A stretch of 64,000 nt of DNA, from NCBI GenBank assembly GCA_016214745.1, contig JACRNW010000016.1, positions 591 to 64,590 on the forward strand, in the 5' to 3' direction. Positions 27,633 through 37,951 of the stretch are shown here, piece by piece. Position 1 is the first letter of the stretch, and each line of letters begins with the position of its first letter. The translations under genes were made by a program, and so were the position numbers. This stretch comes from Candidatus Falkowbacteria bacterium (GTDB lineage Bacteria > Patescibacteriota > Patescibacteriia > XYB2-FULL-38-15). The notes beneath the pieces were generated by a model. The model saw nothing but the letters and a program-made list of their open reading frames with translations, did no database searches and was not told the DNA's origin.

Positions 27633-30600
27633 ATGTACACCCCTCAAAAACCAATTGAATTTGATGCGGTAAAACTGAAACTGGCTTCTCCGGAAGAAAT
27701 TCGTTCCTGGTCACATGGCGAAGTCACAAAGCCGGAGACCATCAATTACCGCACGCAAAAACCGGAAAAAGACGGTTTGTTTTCAGAAAAAATCTTTGGC
27801 CCGACGCGGGACTGGGAATGCTATTGCGATAAATATAAAAAAATCCGCTACAAAGGAATTGTCTGCGACAAATGCGGCGTTGAAGTCACGCACTCGCTTG
27901 TTCGCCGGGAAAGAATGGGCCACATTGAACTTGCGGTTCCGATTTCCCATATTTGGTTTTTGCGCGGCGTGCCTTCCAAAATCGGTTTGATTTTGGATTT
28001 GTCCGTTCAAAATTTGGAAAAGGTTATTTATTTCGCGAACTTTATTGTTACCTCCGTCCGGGAAGATTTGATGGAACAGACTATTTTGAATTTGAAACAA
28101 GAATTCAAAAACAAAAAAAAGATGATCATGAATGACACGGAACGTCAGATTGCCCAGCTTAGAAACCAAAAATCAGAAAAGGATAATGCCGATAAATTGG
28201 AAACGCGGATTGTCCAATTAACTTTGGACCGCGATGAAAAAATTGAAGCTCTTGAAGAAGAATTCAGCGGCGCGGAAAAAGAATTAAAAGAATTAAAGCC
28301 GCTAAAAATAATTTCTGAAATGACTTATCACGATCTCTCGCTAAAATACGGCCATCTCTTTGAGGCCGGCATCGGCGCCGAAGCCGTTCGCCAATTGCTT
28401 GAAAAAGTTGATTTAGGAGCGAGCATTAAACCGCTTGAAGAAGAATTAAAAACCGCCATCGGCATAAAAAAAGATAAACTTATCCGCCGAGTAAAACTTT
28501 TCAAAAGTTTAAAAATCAATAAAATCAAACCGGACTGGATGATCTTAAAATCTGTTCCGGTCATTCCGCCCGATCTCCGGCCAATGGTACCGCTGGATGG
28601 CGGCCGTTTTGCCACGAGCGATTTAAACGATCTTTATCGCCGCGTCATTAATCGAAATAATCGCTTGAAGAGATTGGTGGAATTGAATGCTCCGGAAGTC
28701 ATCTGCCGCAACGAAAAAAGAATGTTACAAGAAGCTGTTGACGCGCTGATTGATAATTCCGCCCGCCACAGCAAAACCGTCGTCGCTTCAACCGGACAAA
28801 AAAGAATGTTGAAATCCATTGCCGATGTTCTAAAGGGCAAACAGGGCCGCTTCAGACAAAACCTTTTGGGCAAAAGAATTGATTACTCCGGCCGTTCGGT
28901 CATTGTCGTTGGTCCGAGTTTAAAATTAAATCAATGCGGTCTGCCGAAAAGAATGGCTTTGGAACTTTTTAAACCATTTGTTATCCACCACTTAATCGCG
29001 CGAGAACTGGTCCATAACGTCCGCTCGGCTTCCCGTTTTATTGAATCCGGCCGGCCGGAAGTTTGGGATATTTTGGAAAACGTCGTAAAAGACGCCTTTG
29101 TTCTTTTAAACCGCGCTCCGACCTTGCATCGTTTGGGTATTCAGGCCTTTCAGCCGATTTTAATTGAAGGCAAAGCCATCCAAGTTCATCCGCTCGTCTG
29201 CACGGCTTTCAACGCCGACTTTGATGGAGACCAAATGGCTGTCCACGTTCCTTTGACTGAAGGAGCTAAAGAAGAAGCAAAAAATTTAATGCTTTCAACT
29301 CATAACCTTTTAAAGCCGGCCACTGGTAATCCGATTGCCACGCCAAACAAAGATATTGCTTGGGGCTGTTATTATATGACTGACACTGGAGAGCCGACCG
29401 AAAAAGTAAAACTCTTTTCGGGAACCAAGGATGCAATGCTCGCCTACAATTTCGGCTCAATCACGTTACAGCAAAAAATTAAAGTCAAATGCAATAAAGA
29501 ACTTCTTGCCAAAACCAAAAAAGAAAAAATTGAAAATGGATTTTTGGAGACAACCCTTGGCCGATTAATTTTAAATCAACATTTGCCGCCGTTAATCCCC
29601 TACATCAACGAGGTGACTAATGTAAAAAAATTGAGCGAAGCCATTAAGCTTTGTCTTGAATTTTATGGCGAAGAAAAAACCGCTGAAGTTTTGGATGTGC
29701 TTAAGGAAACTGGTTTTAAATATTTAACTCTTTCCGGTTACTCCTGGGGTATGAACGATCTTCCCGTCATGGCCGACCGAGAAAAACTTATCGCCCGCGG
29801 CGATGAAGAAGTTGATACTATCCAAAAACAATTTGAAGCCGGCCTTCTGACTCAAAATGAATATCATAATAAAATTATCAGCGTTTGGACTACGGTCAAA
29901 GACGACATTATCAAATTAACCAAAGAAAGTTTGGATAAACGCGGTCCGGTTTTCTCCATGATTGATTCCGGCGCCCGCGGCTCTTGGGGTCAGGTTACTC
30001 AGATGATGGGTATGAAAGGTTTAGTGTCCAATCCGGCTGGTGAAATTATTGAATTGCCGGTTAAGGGAAATTTTAAAGCTGGCTTTGATGTTTTGGAATA
30101 TTTTATTTCCACCCACGGCACGAGAAAAGGTTTGTCCGATACTGCGCTCCGTACCGCCAACGCCGGTTATTTAACGCGACGTTTGGTTGATGTCGCCCAG
30201 GATGTAATCGTCACGGAAGAAGATTGCAAAGATACCGAAGGCGTCTTAATGACAAAAAAAGAAAGTGAAGAAATGGGCGAAACACTGATCGCGAGAATCC
30301 TGGGACGTTTTGCGGCGGAAGAAGTTTTAAAGGGAAAAAAAATAATTGTTAAAAAGAATGAACTTATCACCGAAGAAATTGCGAGAGATCTGGAAAAACT
30401 TGATCTGGAGCAAATCCGGGTGCGTTCAATTTTATCTTGCCGGATGAAAAAAGGCGTTTGCCAAAAATGCTACGGCTATGATTTGGGTTACAACAAACTT
30501 GCCAAACTCGGTTCCCCCGTCGGCATTGTCGCGGCCCAGTCCATCGGCGAACCTGGCACTCAGCTTACCATGAGAACTTTCCACACTGGCGGTGTGGCCG

Positions 30601-31535
30601 GTCTTGATATCACCCAAGGTTTGCCGCGCGTTGAAGAACTTTTTGAAGCCCGTTCTCCAAAACGCAAAGCTTTCATTTCCGGCGTTTCGGGCACGGCTCA
30701 GGTGGAAGAAGATGCGAAAACAATTATTGGCCCGACCGGCGAAATCATTACTAAGGGTATTCCGGGACAAAGAAATATTAAAATTAAATATCTTGAAAAA
30801 GAAGAAACCAAATATTCGGTCAGCAAAAATAAAAAAACCACTTTCAAAAAAGGCGACAAGGTCGTAAAAGACGAACTTCTTGGTTTGGATAAAAATGGCA
30901 AAGAAATTAACGCCGCGCATGATGGTATAATTGTTTCAGCCGATGAAAATCACGTGGTAGTGGAAGCTGAAGCCGAAAAAGTTAAAGAATATATCATCCC
31001 GCCGGGCTATACTCTTTGGATAAAAGATGGCGACTTTGTAAATCGCGGCGACCAGCTGACTGAAGGCGATCTGGATTTGCATCAACTCCACAGTTTAAAG
31101 AGCAAAGAGGCGGTGCAAAAATATCTGACCAAAGAAATTCAGCACATTTATACTTCTCAGGGTCAGAAATTAAATGACAAACACATTGAAGTTATTGTCC
31201 GACAGATGTTCTCCCGTGTTTACATCAAAGAATCCGGAGACACGGAACTCTTGCCTGGTGAAATCGTGGAAAAATCACAACTTGAAGAAGCGAACAAACT
31301 CGCTAAAGAAAATAAACTTGAACCAGCCGAGGGCGAAGAACTACTCTTGGGCATCAGTAAAGTTTCTCTTTCCACAGAAAGCTTCTTGTCCGCTGCTTCT
31401 TTCCAGGAAACTGCCCGCGTCTTGATTAACGCGGCCATTACCGGCAAAGTTGACCGTCTGGAAGGCCTAAAAGAAAATGTTATCATCGGCCGCCTGATTC
31501 CGGCGGGCACGGGATTTAAAAAGAATAGAATCTAG
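27633..31535 (+). CDS. rpoC: DNA-directed RNA polymerase subunit beta'
   Basis: 1300 aa, zinc-binding CxxC..Cxx[15 protein letters not shown] active site. Confidence 0.97.
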   Translation: MYTPQKPIEFDAVKLKLASPEEIRSWSHGEVTKPETINYRTQKPEKDGLFSEKIFGPTRDWECYCDKYKKIRYKGIVCDKCGVEVTHSLVRRERMGHIELAVPISHIWFLRGVPSKIGLILDLSVQNLEKVIYFANFIVTSVREDLMEQTILNLKQEFKNKKKMIMNDTERQIAQLRNQKSEKDNADKLETRIVQLTLDRDEKIEALEEEFSGAEKELKELKPLKIISEMTYHDLSLKYGHLFEAGIGAEAVRQLLEKVDLGASIKPLEEELKTAIGIKKDKLIRRVKLFKSLKINKIKPDWMILKSVPVIPPDLRPMVPLDGGRFATSDLNDLYRRVINRNNRLKRLVELNAPEVICRNEKRMLQEAVDALIDNSARHSKTVVASTGQKRMLKSIADVLKGKQGRFRQNLLGKRIDYSGRSVIVVGPSLKLNQCGLPKRMALELFKPFVIHHLIARELVHNVRSASRFIESGRPEVWDILENVVKDAFVLLNRAPTLHRLGIQAFQPILIEGKAIQVHPLVCTAFNADFDGDQMAVHVPLTEGAKEEAKNLMLSTHNLLKPATGNPIATPNKDIAWGCYYMTDTGEPTEKVKLFSGTKDAMLAYNFGSITLQQKIKVKCNKELLAKTKKEKIENGFLETTLGRLILNQHLPPLIPYINEVTNVKKLSEAIKLCLEFYGEEKTAEVLDVLKETGFKYLTLSGYSWGMNDLPVMADREKLIARGDEEVDTIQKQFEAGLLTQNEYHNKIISVWTTVKDDIIKLTKESLDKRGPVFSMIDSGARGSWGQVTQMMGMKGLVSNPAGEIIELPVKGNFKAGFDVLEYFISTHGTRKGLSDTALRTANAGYLTRRLVDVAQDVIVTEEDCKDTEGVLMTKKESEEMGETLIARILGRFAAEEVLKGKKIIVKKNELITEEIARDLEKLDLEQIRVRSILSCRMKKGVCQKCYGYDLGYNKLAKLGSPVGIVAAQSIGEPGTQLTMRTFHTGGVAGLDITQGLPRVEELFEARSPKRKAFISGVSGTAQVEEDAKTIIGPTGEIITKGIPGQRNIKIKYLEKEETKYSVSKNKKTTFKKGDKVVKDELLGLDKNGKEINAAHDGIIVSADENHVVVEAEAEKVKEYIIPPGYTLWIKDGDFVNRGDQLTEGDLDLHQLHSLKSKEAVQKYLTKEIQHIYTSQGQKLNDKHIEVIVRQMFSRVYIKESGDTELLPGEIVEKSQLEEANKLAKENKLEPAEGEELLLGISKVSLSTESFLSAASFQETARVLINAAITGKVDRLEGLKENVIIGRLIPAGTGFKKNRI

Positions 31536-31607
31536 AATTTAGAAAATAGAAAGTAGAATTTTGTAATCCAATTATTCTAGCTTCTAGATTCTACTTTCTA
31601 AATTCTA
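31536..31607. repeat. Long imperfect inverted repeat / hairpin between rpoC and yebC
   Basis: TAGAATTTAGAAAATAGAAAGTAGAAT ... ATTCTACTTTCTAAATTCTA. Probable rpoBC terminator. Confidence 0.5.
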
Positions 31608-31610
31608 ATT

Positions 31611-32342
31611 ATGTCCAGACATTCAAAGTGGTCAAAAATAAAACATCAAAAGGGCGCCGCAGACGTAAAAAGGAGCGCCCTTTTTACGCGCCTTTCCAAA
31701 AACATTACGCTAGCCGTACGCGAAGGCGGAAGTGGCGATCCAAAAATGAATTTCAAATTGCGGCTTGCTATTGATCAGGCGAAAGCAGTTAATCTTCCAA
31801 AAGACACTGTTGACCGGGCGATTCAAAAGGGAATTGGCGCCGGGGAAGAAGGGCAAATTGAACGCGTCCAATACGAAGGATTTTTGCCGGGCGGCGCGGC
31901 GATTATCATTGAATCATTAACCGACAACCGAAACCGGACAAGCGGCGTCGTGAAAAATCTCCTCGGTAAACACGGCGGCAATATGGGTTTACCAAACTCC
32001 GTGGCCTGGATGTTTTTGCGAAAAGGGGTGGTCCGGATTTCCAATTACAAAAACTCTGTCAAAAATTTTGACGAATTCCAGTTGAAGATGATTGACTTTG
32101 GCGCCGACGACATCCAACCCGAAGAAGAAGATTTGGTGATTTATACTGCGCCGGAAAATCTGGAAAAATTGCGCGAAGGATTGGAAAAAGAACAAATCAC
32201 TCCCGAAGAAATAGAGATTGAATTTGTGGCAAAAGAAAAAATTAGCGTCACGGATCTGGCGCAAAAAGAAAAAATTGAAAATCTGCTGAACGAACTGGAT
32301 GAAAATGAAGACGTTGATAATTACTATACAAATCTTGAATAA
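31611..32342 (+). CDS. yebC: YebC/PmpR family DNA-binding transcriptional regulator
   Basis: MSRHSKWSKIKHQKGAADVKRSALFTRLSKNITLA matches the YebC N-terminus. Confidence 0.9.
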   Translation: MSRHSKWSKIKHQKGAADVKRSALFTRLSKNITLAVREGGSGDPKMNFKLRLAIDQAKAVNLPKDTVDRAIQKGIGAGEEGQIERVQYEGFLPGGAAIIIESLTDNRNRTSGVVKNLLGKHGGNMGLPNSVAWMFLRKGVVRISNYKNSVKNFDEFQLKMIDFGADDIQPEEEDLVIYTAPENLEKLREGLEKEQITPEEIEIEFVAKEKISVTDLAQKEKIENLLNELDENEDVDNYYTNLE

Positions 32343-32360
32343 AATTAAATTCGAAAAAAT

Positions 32361-32392
32361 AAAAATTCCACCGCGTTAGGTGGAATTTTTTG
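32361..32392. terminator. Bidirectional intrinsic terminator (AAATTCCACC gcgtta GGTGGAATTTTTT)
   Basis: 10-bp stem flanked by A-run and T-run. Confidence 0.8.
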
Positions 32393-32394
32393 TA

Positions 32395-32637
32395 TTGCCT
32401 TTTTTATTTAAAAGAAATGAGTGCAGAATCCATTTGAAACTGTAGCCTATGGCGATGTGAACCGCCGGTCGGCAGGCAGTGTTTCGACTTTGATGGGTGG
32501 TATTTCAAGGATGACTCCATCGTGCCCAGGAGCACGACTTCATGGTCTACCACCTATCCTGCGCATCAAAGTCTATCTCAGGACCAGCGCCGGGACTTTA
32601 ACCCGGAGCACCTTTACGGTGCGCTGTTTCTGCACTC
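32395..32637 (-). ncRNA. Candidate structured ncRNA of unknown class (~240 nt). The 5' end at 32637 pairs with 32419-32428 through a perfect 10-bp terminal helix
   Basis: GC-rich (~55%) non-coding block between two convergent genes. Minus-strand TTGACA-17-TTAACT promoter ends 6 nt before GAGUGCAGAA. Perfect long-range helix GAGTGCAGAA/TTCTGCACTC. Several internal hairpins. Terminated by the 32361-32392 hairpin. The class could not be assigned by eye. Confidence 0.4.
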
Positions 32638-32689
32638 GTGGCAAGTTAACCAATCTTATCTGTTTATGTCAAGTCTACAAAATAATAAA

Positions 32690-32722
32690 AAGACAGGCCT
32701 TTGTGAAGGGCTGCCTTTTTGT
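32690..32722. terminator. GC hairpin with GUGA tetraloop flanked by A/T runs (terminator for the 64-aa gene)
   Basis: CAGGCCTTT gtga AAGGGCTGCC TTTTT. Confidence 0.5.
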
Positions 32723-32735
32723 ATCGTGGCAATTT

Positions 32736-32930
32736 CTATCCCAAAATTTCCTGCACCCGACCGACTTGTCCGTCTTCTAATCGAACTTTTATTCCGCGCG
32801 GATGAATTGAGGAACTCGTCAAAATATCTTTAACGATTCCTTCGGTCAATTCGCCCGTTGGTTGATCTTTTTTTAAAACAACTTTTACTCGCAGGCCTGG
32901 CTTAATGTCGTCTCGATTGGTCGGGTCCAT
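32736..32930 (-). CDS. YwbE/DUF2196 family small protein
   Basis: 64 aa. KPGLRVKVVLKKDQPTGELTEGIVKDILT...GIKVRLEDGQVGRVQEI matches the YwbE family. Confidence 0.65.
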   Translation of the reverse strand: MDPTNRDDIKPGLRVKVVLKKDQPTGELTEGIVKDILTSSSIHPRGIKVRLEDGQVGRVQEILG

Positions 32931-32934
32931 ATTA

Positions 32935-33438
32935 TCAATTATTAATTTTTGGCAAGTGAGACATTATCGCTCTTTGAGTTTCTTCTAAACTTTTATTAGC
33001 ATCGATAATTATCCCAAAGTTATGACAAGAAACGAGAGTGTAAACGGCCCTAGCAGCGTCTTCACCCAGTGTCTTCGGACGCAGTTTGTCTCTGTCTATA
33101 CAAACATTGATTGGCGCTTTTAATGTGAATACGTAATGAGGAAAATTAAGGTTTTTTATGAGGTAATCAAGAACTTCGTAGTGATAAAAGCAACCATCAA
33201 AAATAACAATTTTCCCCTTTTGCAAAAAATCTCTCGCCTTTGGTATTACTATCTCCAAACCTTTAATAAAATTAGCCGCGGGAATACAAGCTGAATTTGG
33301 CTCAAGTTTATCTAAATTATTTTCACTCAAAACCTCGTCTAAAGCGAACCGTTTAGCGTTTAAAATCCGAGCTAGTTTCTCGGCGTTAGTTGATTTCCCG
33401 GATCCCAACGGTCCGTGTAAGACGACAAAGTAGCTCAT
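32935..33438 (-). CDS. P-loop NTPase / AAA-domain kinase-like protein
   Basis: Walker A HGPLGSGKST at the N-terminus. 167 aa. Confidence 0.6.
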   Translation of the reverse strand: MSYFVVLHGPLGSGKSTNAEKLARILNAKRFALDEVLSENNLDKLEPNSACIPAANFIKGLEIVIPKARDFLQKGKIVIFDGCFYHYEVLDYLIKNLNFPHYVFTLKAPINVCIDRDKLRPKTLGEDAARAVYTLVSCHNFGIIIDANKSLEETQRAIMSHLPKINN

Positions 33439-33592
33439 ATCATGAAAACGACAATTAAATTAACGTATGTTGACTAACGAGTTTTATATAAACCAATCTA
33501 CTTTTTTGCTTATTTAAATTATCCGATTATTATGTTATGATTTATGTAGAAAATAGCGGTTTCTAAATACATCTTAACACAAAAAACCAAAA

Positions 33593-34069
33593 ATGATAGT
33601 CTTAGGAATTGACCCAGGATTTGCAAGAACCGGCTACGGAGTGGTGGAAGAAAAAAATAAAAATCTCCGCATGTTGGACTACGGGTGCATTTCAACTCCC
33701 GCGGGCGTTGTTTTTGAAAAAAGATTGGAAAAAATCCGCGAAGAATTAACCCGTCTCATCAAAAAATACAAACCAGGCGTCTGCGCCGTGGAAAAAATAT
33801 TTTTTTGTAAAAATACCAAAACCGCGATTGATGTCGGCCAGGCGAGAGGGGTCGTAATTTTGACTGCCGCGGAAAAAAACTTAAAAATTCTTGAGTTCAC
33901 GCCGCTCCAAGTTAAGCAGTCTATCACGGGCTACGGCAAAGCGGAAAAACAGCAGATGCAAAAAATGGTAAAAATTCTTCTCGGCTTGAAAGATATTCCC
34001 CGGCCGGACGACGCGGCCGATGCCTTGGCGCTCGCGATTGCCGGTTCAAATAATTTTCTCACTAAATAA
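33593..34069 (+). CDS. ruvC: Crossover junction endodeoxyribonuclease RuvC
   Basis: LGIDPGFARTGYGVV...DAADALALAI, the RuvC catalytic motifs. Confidence 0.9.
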   Translation: MIVLGIDPGFARTGYGVVEEKNKNLRMLDYGCISTPAGVVFEKRLEKIREELTRLIKKYKPGVCAVEKIFFCKNTKTAIDVGQARGVVILTAAEKNLKILEFTPLQVKQSITGYGKAEKQQMQKMVKILLGLKDIPRPDDAADALALAIAGSNNFLTK

Positions 34070-34072
34070 TTT

Positions 34073-35167
34073 ATGGCTACTAAAATTTCCGAAAAACAAA
34101 TCCAAAAATTAATTGAAACTTCGCGGGGAATCATCCGCGACTCGGCTCTGGAAAACGGCGCGATCGTGGCGACCAATACCGACCAAACTTATTACCCGCG
34201 CGAGGCGGCCAACTACCGCTGGGTCTGGCCGCGCGACGCGAGCTATATCTGCGTGGCGGCGGAAATTTTGAAACTTCCCATCCAAGAACCGTTTTTTGAC
34301 TGGATTTACCAAAGGCCGAAAGATTTTAAAAAAGATAAGTTGCTTTACGCCAACTATTCTACGAACGGCCAATTCGGCAGCATGGGTCACATTCTCCAAA
34401 TTGACCAAGCCGGATCGTTGCTTTGGGCCATTCATGAACATTTTAAAAATGATTTAAAGGGAGCTAAAAAATATCATGCTCTTATTGAACGTTTGGCCGA
34501 CGGCTTAACCGCCAACTGGAACAAAAATTATTTCCGGCCGCACACGGTTGATCTTTGGGAAGAACCTCATCGCCAAACTTCCACCACCGTGGAAAATAAT
34601 TTTACCTATTCTTTGGCAGCCTCGGCTCGCGGCCTTCTTTTGGCTTGCGAAATAATTCCCAACTGTCTTTGGAAAGAAGAAGCCCTACAGATGATTGAAA
34701 AAATTAATGACGCCTACAGCGAAACTGACAAATATTTTTATCGCAACAAAGGAAAAATTTCCGACAAGAATGTTGACGCTTCGCTTTTGGGTCTTGTCTG
34801 GCCGTTTGAAATTTTTGAAGCAACTGATGAAAGAGTGGCAAACACTGTCGCAAAAATTGAAGAAAAAATTGTCATGGACGGCGGCGTTCATCGTTATGAG
34901 CAAGATTATTTTGACGGTGAAGGTTCAGCTCAAGAAGGCGGCGGTGCCTGGCCACTTTTAAATTTTTGGATGGCAATTTATTGGGCGAAAAAGGGCGATA
35001 AAGAAAAAGCTCTTTCATATTATAACTGGGTTTTAGAACGAATTGATAAATTCAATGGCTATATTCCGGAACAAATCTTTGATGATTTCCGGGTCGGCGT
35101 TTACCCGCTTGTCTGGGCGCACGCCATGTTTATCATCGCCTCGCGCGAGCTGGGTTTTTTGAAATAA
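34073..35167 (+). CDS. Glycoside hydrolase family 15 (glucoamylase/glucodextranase-like)
   Basis: Motifs WPRDASY, DLWEE and (alpha/alpha)6-type sequence as in GH15. Confidence 0.7.
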   Translation: MATKISEKQIQKLIETSRGIIRDSALENGAIVATNTDQTYYPREAANYRWVWPRDASYICVAAEILKLPIQEPFFDWIYQRPKDFKKDKLLYANYSTNGQFGSMGHILQIDQAGSLLWAIHEHFKNDLKGAKKYHALIERLADGLTANWNKNYFRPHTVDLWEEPHRQTSTTVENNFTYSLAASARGLLLACEIIPNCLWKEEALQMIEKINDAYSETDKYFYRNKGKISDKNVDASLLGLVWPFEIFEATDERVANTVAKIEEKIVMDGGVHRYEQDYFDGEGSAQEGGGAWPLLNFWMAIYWAKKGDKEKALSYYNWVLERIDKFNGYIPEQIFDDFRVGVYPLVWAHAMFIIASRELGFLK

Positions 35168-35212
35168 AAATCATTAAACCTTTAATTTCTTCTCTCGTTT
35201 GATAATAAAATT

Positions 35213-36709
35213 ATGAAGAAAAATTTAAAAATCGCCGTGGTGGCCGCGGAAGTCGCTCCTTTTTCAAAAACCGGCGGCTTGGCCGATGTTACGGGATCCC
35301 TACCAAAAATTTTTCACGAAATGAAAAATGAGGTGGTGGTTATTACCCCCTTTTACGGAAAAATAATTGACCCAAAAAAATATTCTCTAACCCTTGTAGA
35401 GAAAAATTTTCCCATTCCTCTTCGGGGGAAAAAGACGATAAAAATTTCTCTCTGGCAAGGAGAAATAGAAAAAAATTTGCCGGTTTATTTTATAGAATAC
35501 AAAAAATATTTTTCTAAAAAACAAAATCTCTACGGTTCAACCCACGAAAATTCTCGTTTCGCTTTTTTTAATTACGCTGTTTTGGAAATTTTGAAAAAAG
35601 TAAATTTCCAGCCAAATATTATTCATTGCCACGACTGGCACGCCGGCCTCATTCCATATTTGCTGAAAAACGATCCTGTTTTCGCCCACGACCAATTTTT
35701 CGCCAATACGACGACGGTTTTCACCATTCATAATTTAGCTTTTCAAATGGGCGGCAACTGGTGGGACGCGCCGCCGGAAAAACGCGATCCGGGCACGGGC
35801 GACCTGCCGAAAATTCACTCCAAGGCAATGGAAAAAATAAATTTCGCCAAACGGGCAATTATTTTCTCCGACGCGATAAATACCGTCTCTGAAAAATACG
35901 CCGAAGAACTTTTGACACCGGAATTTGGCCAGGGATTGGAGAAATTTTTGGGACGCCGGGAAAAAGATTTTTTCGGCATCACGAACGGCATTGATTATGA
36001 AGTTTTCAATCCGGCCATTGATAAAAATATTTATACAAATTACGATTGGGATTCTCTGTGGCGAAAAAGAAAAAATAAACTTGCTTTGCAAAAAGAACTG
36101 GGGCTTGAAGAAGCGGCCGACGTGCCGCTCGTCAGTTTAGCCAGCCGTCTGGCCGAACAAAAGGGTTATGATCTCGTCATTGAAAGTCTTGATACTCTTC
36201 TGAAACTTTCTCTCCAAATTGTTATTATCGCGAGCGGCGGCAAGGACGGCAAAGAATACGCCGACGTTTTCAAAAAAATCGCCAAAAAACATCCGAAAAA
36301 ATTCTCTTTCATCACTCCTTACACCGAAGAGCAGGCCTCAAAAGTTTACGCCGGATCGGATATGCTTCTTATGCCTTCGCGTTTTGAACCTTGCGGCCTT
36401 TCACCTTTAATTTCCTTGCGTTACGGAACGATTCCGATTGTCCATGAAACCGGAGGCTTGGCCGAAACCATCACAAACTTTAATCCGAAAGCCGGCAAGG
36501 GCAACGGCTTTGTTTTTAAAAATTATACCCGGGAAGAATTTCTGGTCGCTCTGATCAGGGCTCTTGAAAATTTTAAATACGAAAAAGTTTGGGAACATTT
36601 GGTGTGGCAATCAATGAAACAATCTTTTTCTTGGGAAATCCCGGCGCAAAAATATCTCGCGTTGTTCAAAAAAGCAGCGAAAAACAGAACTCAAAAAAAG
36701 CGATCTTAA
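35213..36709 (+). CDS. glgA: Glycogen (starch) synthase, GT5
   Basis: KIAVVAAEVAPFSKTGGLADV N-terminal motif. 498 aa. Confidence 0.9.
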   Translation: MKKNLKIAVVAAEVAPFSKTGGLADVTGSLPKIFHEMKNEVVVITPFYGKIIDPKKYSLTLVEKNFPIPLRGKKTIKISLWQGEIEKNLPVYFIEYKKYFSKKQNLYGSTHENSRFAFFNYAVLEILKKVNFQPNIIHCHDWHAGLIPYLLKNDPVFAHDQFFANTTTVFTIHNLAFQMGGNWWDAPPEKRDPGTGDLPKIHSKAMEKINFAKRAIIFSDAINTVSEKYAEELLTPEFGQGLEKFLGRREKDFFGITNGIDYEVFNPAIDKNIYTNYDWDSLWRKRKNKLALQKELGLEEAADVPLVSLASRLAEQKGYDLVIESLDTLLKLSLQIVIIASGGKDGKEYADVFKKIAKKHPKKFSFITPYTEEQASKVYAGSDMLLMPSRFEPCGLSPLISLRYGTIPIVHETGGLAETITNFNPKAGKGNGFVFKNYTREEFLVALIRALENFKYEKVWEHLVWQSMKQSFSWEIPAQKYLALFKKAAKNRTQKKRS

Positions 36710-36724
36710 AAAATATTTTAACTT

Positions 36725-37951
36725 ATGATTTATTGGGCCAACCTTCTCCACATTTACCAGCCGCCGGGCCAACAAAAAGAAATTACCCAAAAAGTTGCCG
36801 CCGAAAGTTACTGGCGGATTATTGATGTCCTAAAACGTCACCCAAAAGTAAAAATAAATCTGAATATTAACGCTTCGCTCACGGAACAACTTCCCAGCGC
36901 CGGCTTATCAAAACTGACTGCGGCCATTTCCGCTCTCGCTCGGCGCGGCCAAATAGAATTTACCGGCAGCGCCAAATACCACGTCATTCTGGCGCTCCTC
37001 CCCGAAACGGAAATTATCCGGCAAATTGAACTGAATAACCAAACCAATAAAAAATTCTTTGGAAAACTCTGGCAACCGACCGGTTTTTTTATTCCCGAAC
37101 TCTGTTACAGCAAAAAAGTCGCGCGCGTGGTGAAAAAAATGGGCTTCAAGTGGATTGTTCTGGATGAAATCGCCTACAACGGAAAATTTAATAAAGTAAA
37201 ATTTGATAAAAAATATTTAATCAAAGACGTCGGCCTTCCGGTTTTTTTCCGGAACACGCGCGTTTCCAATCTTTTCTTTACGGCCGAAGCGAAGACCGCG
37301 GCTGATTTTTTTAAAATTTTAAAAAAGGACGGCCGTTCCGGAAAATTTCTTCCGACGGCGCTTGACGGAGAAAATCTCGGCCACCACCAAAAAGAAATGG
37401 ATAAACTTTACGCCGATCTTTTGGATAGCGGAAAATTTAATTGTATAACCTTTTCCGATCTTCTAAATCTTTATCTGGATGAAAAAGAGGCGGAACCCAT
37501 TCCTTCAAGCTGGTCGTCCCGGGAGGAAGATCTGAAAAGCAAAGTCGCCTATCCTCTTTGGAAAAATCCAAAAAATGAAATCCACCGCCTGGAATGGCAA
37601 CTGACCGCGCTCGCCATTTCGGAGGTAAACAAAAATCGTAACGACAAAAACTACAACTTGGCGCGTAAAAAACTTGACCAGGCGTTGCACTCTGACCAGT
37701 ATTGGTGGGCCTCCGCCAATCCTTGGTGGTCGGTTAAAATAATTTTAAACGGAGCGAGGATGCTCGCCGATTCTCTAAAACTTCTAAAAAGTATTTCCCC
37801 GAATAAAAAGGAAAAGGCCGAAAATCTTTACCAAAAAATTTCAGATACCGCAAAAAAGTGGCAAGAGAGCGGTCGGGCGGAAAAAATAAAACAAGCGTAC
37901 CTTGCCGGCGAACCCTACGAACGTTATTTCGCCGGAAATGTTATGAAATAA
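36725..37951 (+). CDS. Glycoside hydrolase family 57 protein (alpha-glucan branching/amylase-like), paralog 1
   Basis: N-terminal WANLLHIYQPP (GH57 HxHQP region). 408 aa. Confidence 0.65.
   Translation: MIYWANLLHIYQPPGQQKEITQKVAAESYWRIIDVLKRHPKVKINLNINASLTEQLPSAGLSKLTAAISALARRGQIEFTGSAKYHVILALLPETEIIRQIELNNQTNKKFFGKLWQPTGFFIPELCYSKKVARVVKKMGFKWIVLDEIAYNGKFNKVKFDKKYLIKDVGLPVFFRNTRVSNLFFTAEAKTAADFFKILKKDGRSGKFLPTALDGENLGHHQKEMDKLYADLLDSGKFNCITFSDLLNLYLDEKEAEPIPSSWSSREEDLKSKVAYPLWKNPKNEIHRLEWQLTALAISEVNKNRNDKNYNLARKKLDQALHSDQYWWASANPWWSVKIILNGARMLADSLKLLKSISPNKKEKAENLYQKISDTAKKWQESGRAEKIKQAYLAGEPYERYFAGNVMK

Noticed and set aside
32395-32637. Whether the structured RNA is RNase P RNA, SRP RNA or tmRNA
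   Set aside because: Partial resemblance to the RNase P P4 motif (AAAGUCCCGG vs AAAGUCCGGG) was noted. The order and complementarity of the conserved strands do not fit, and the length is too short. No SRP domain-IV motif or tmRNA tag/tRNA-like end was found. Left unclassified.
32421-32833. Plus-strand ORFs of 119 aa and 103 aa inside the candidate ncRNA region
   Set aside because: No RBS and low-complexity, Cys/Arg-rich composition. They overlap a strongly structured region with a promoter and terminal helix on the opposite strand.
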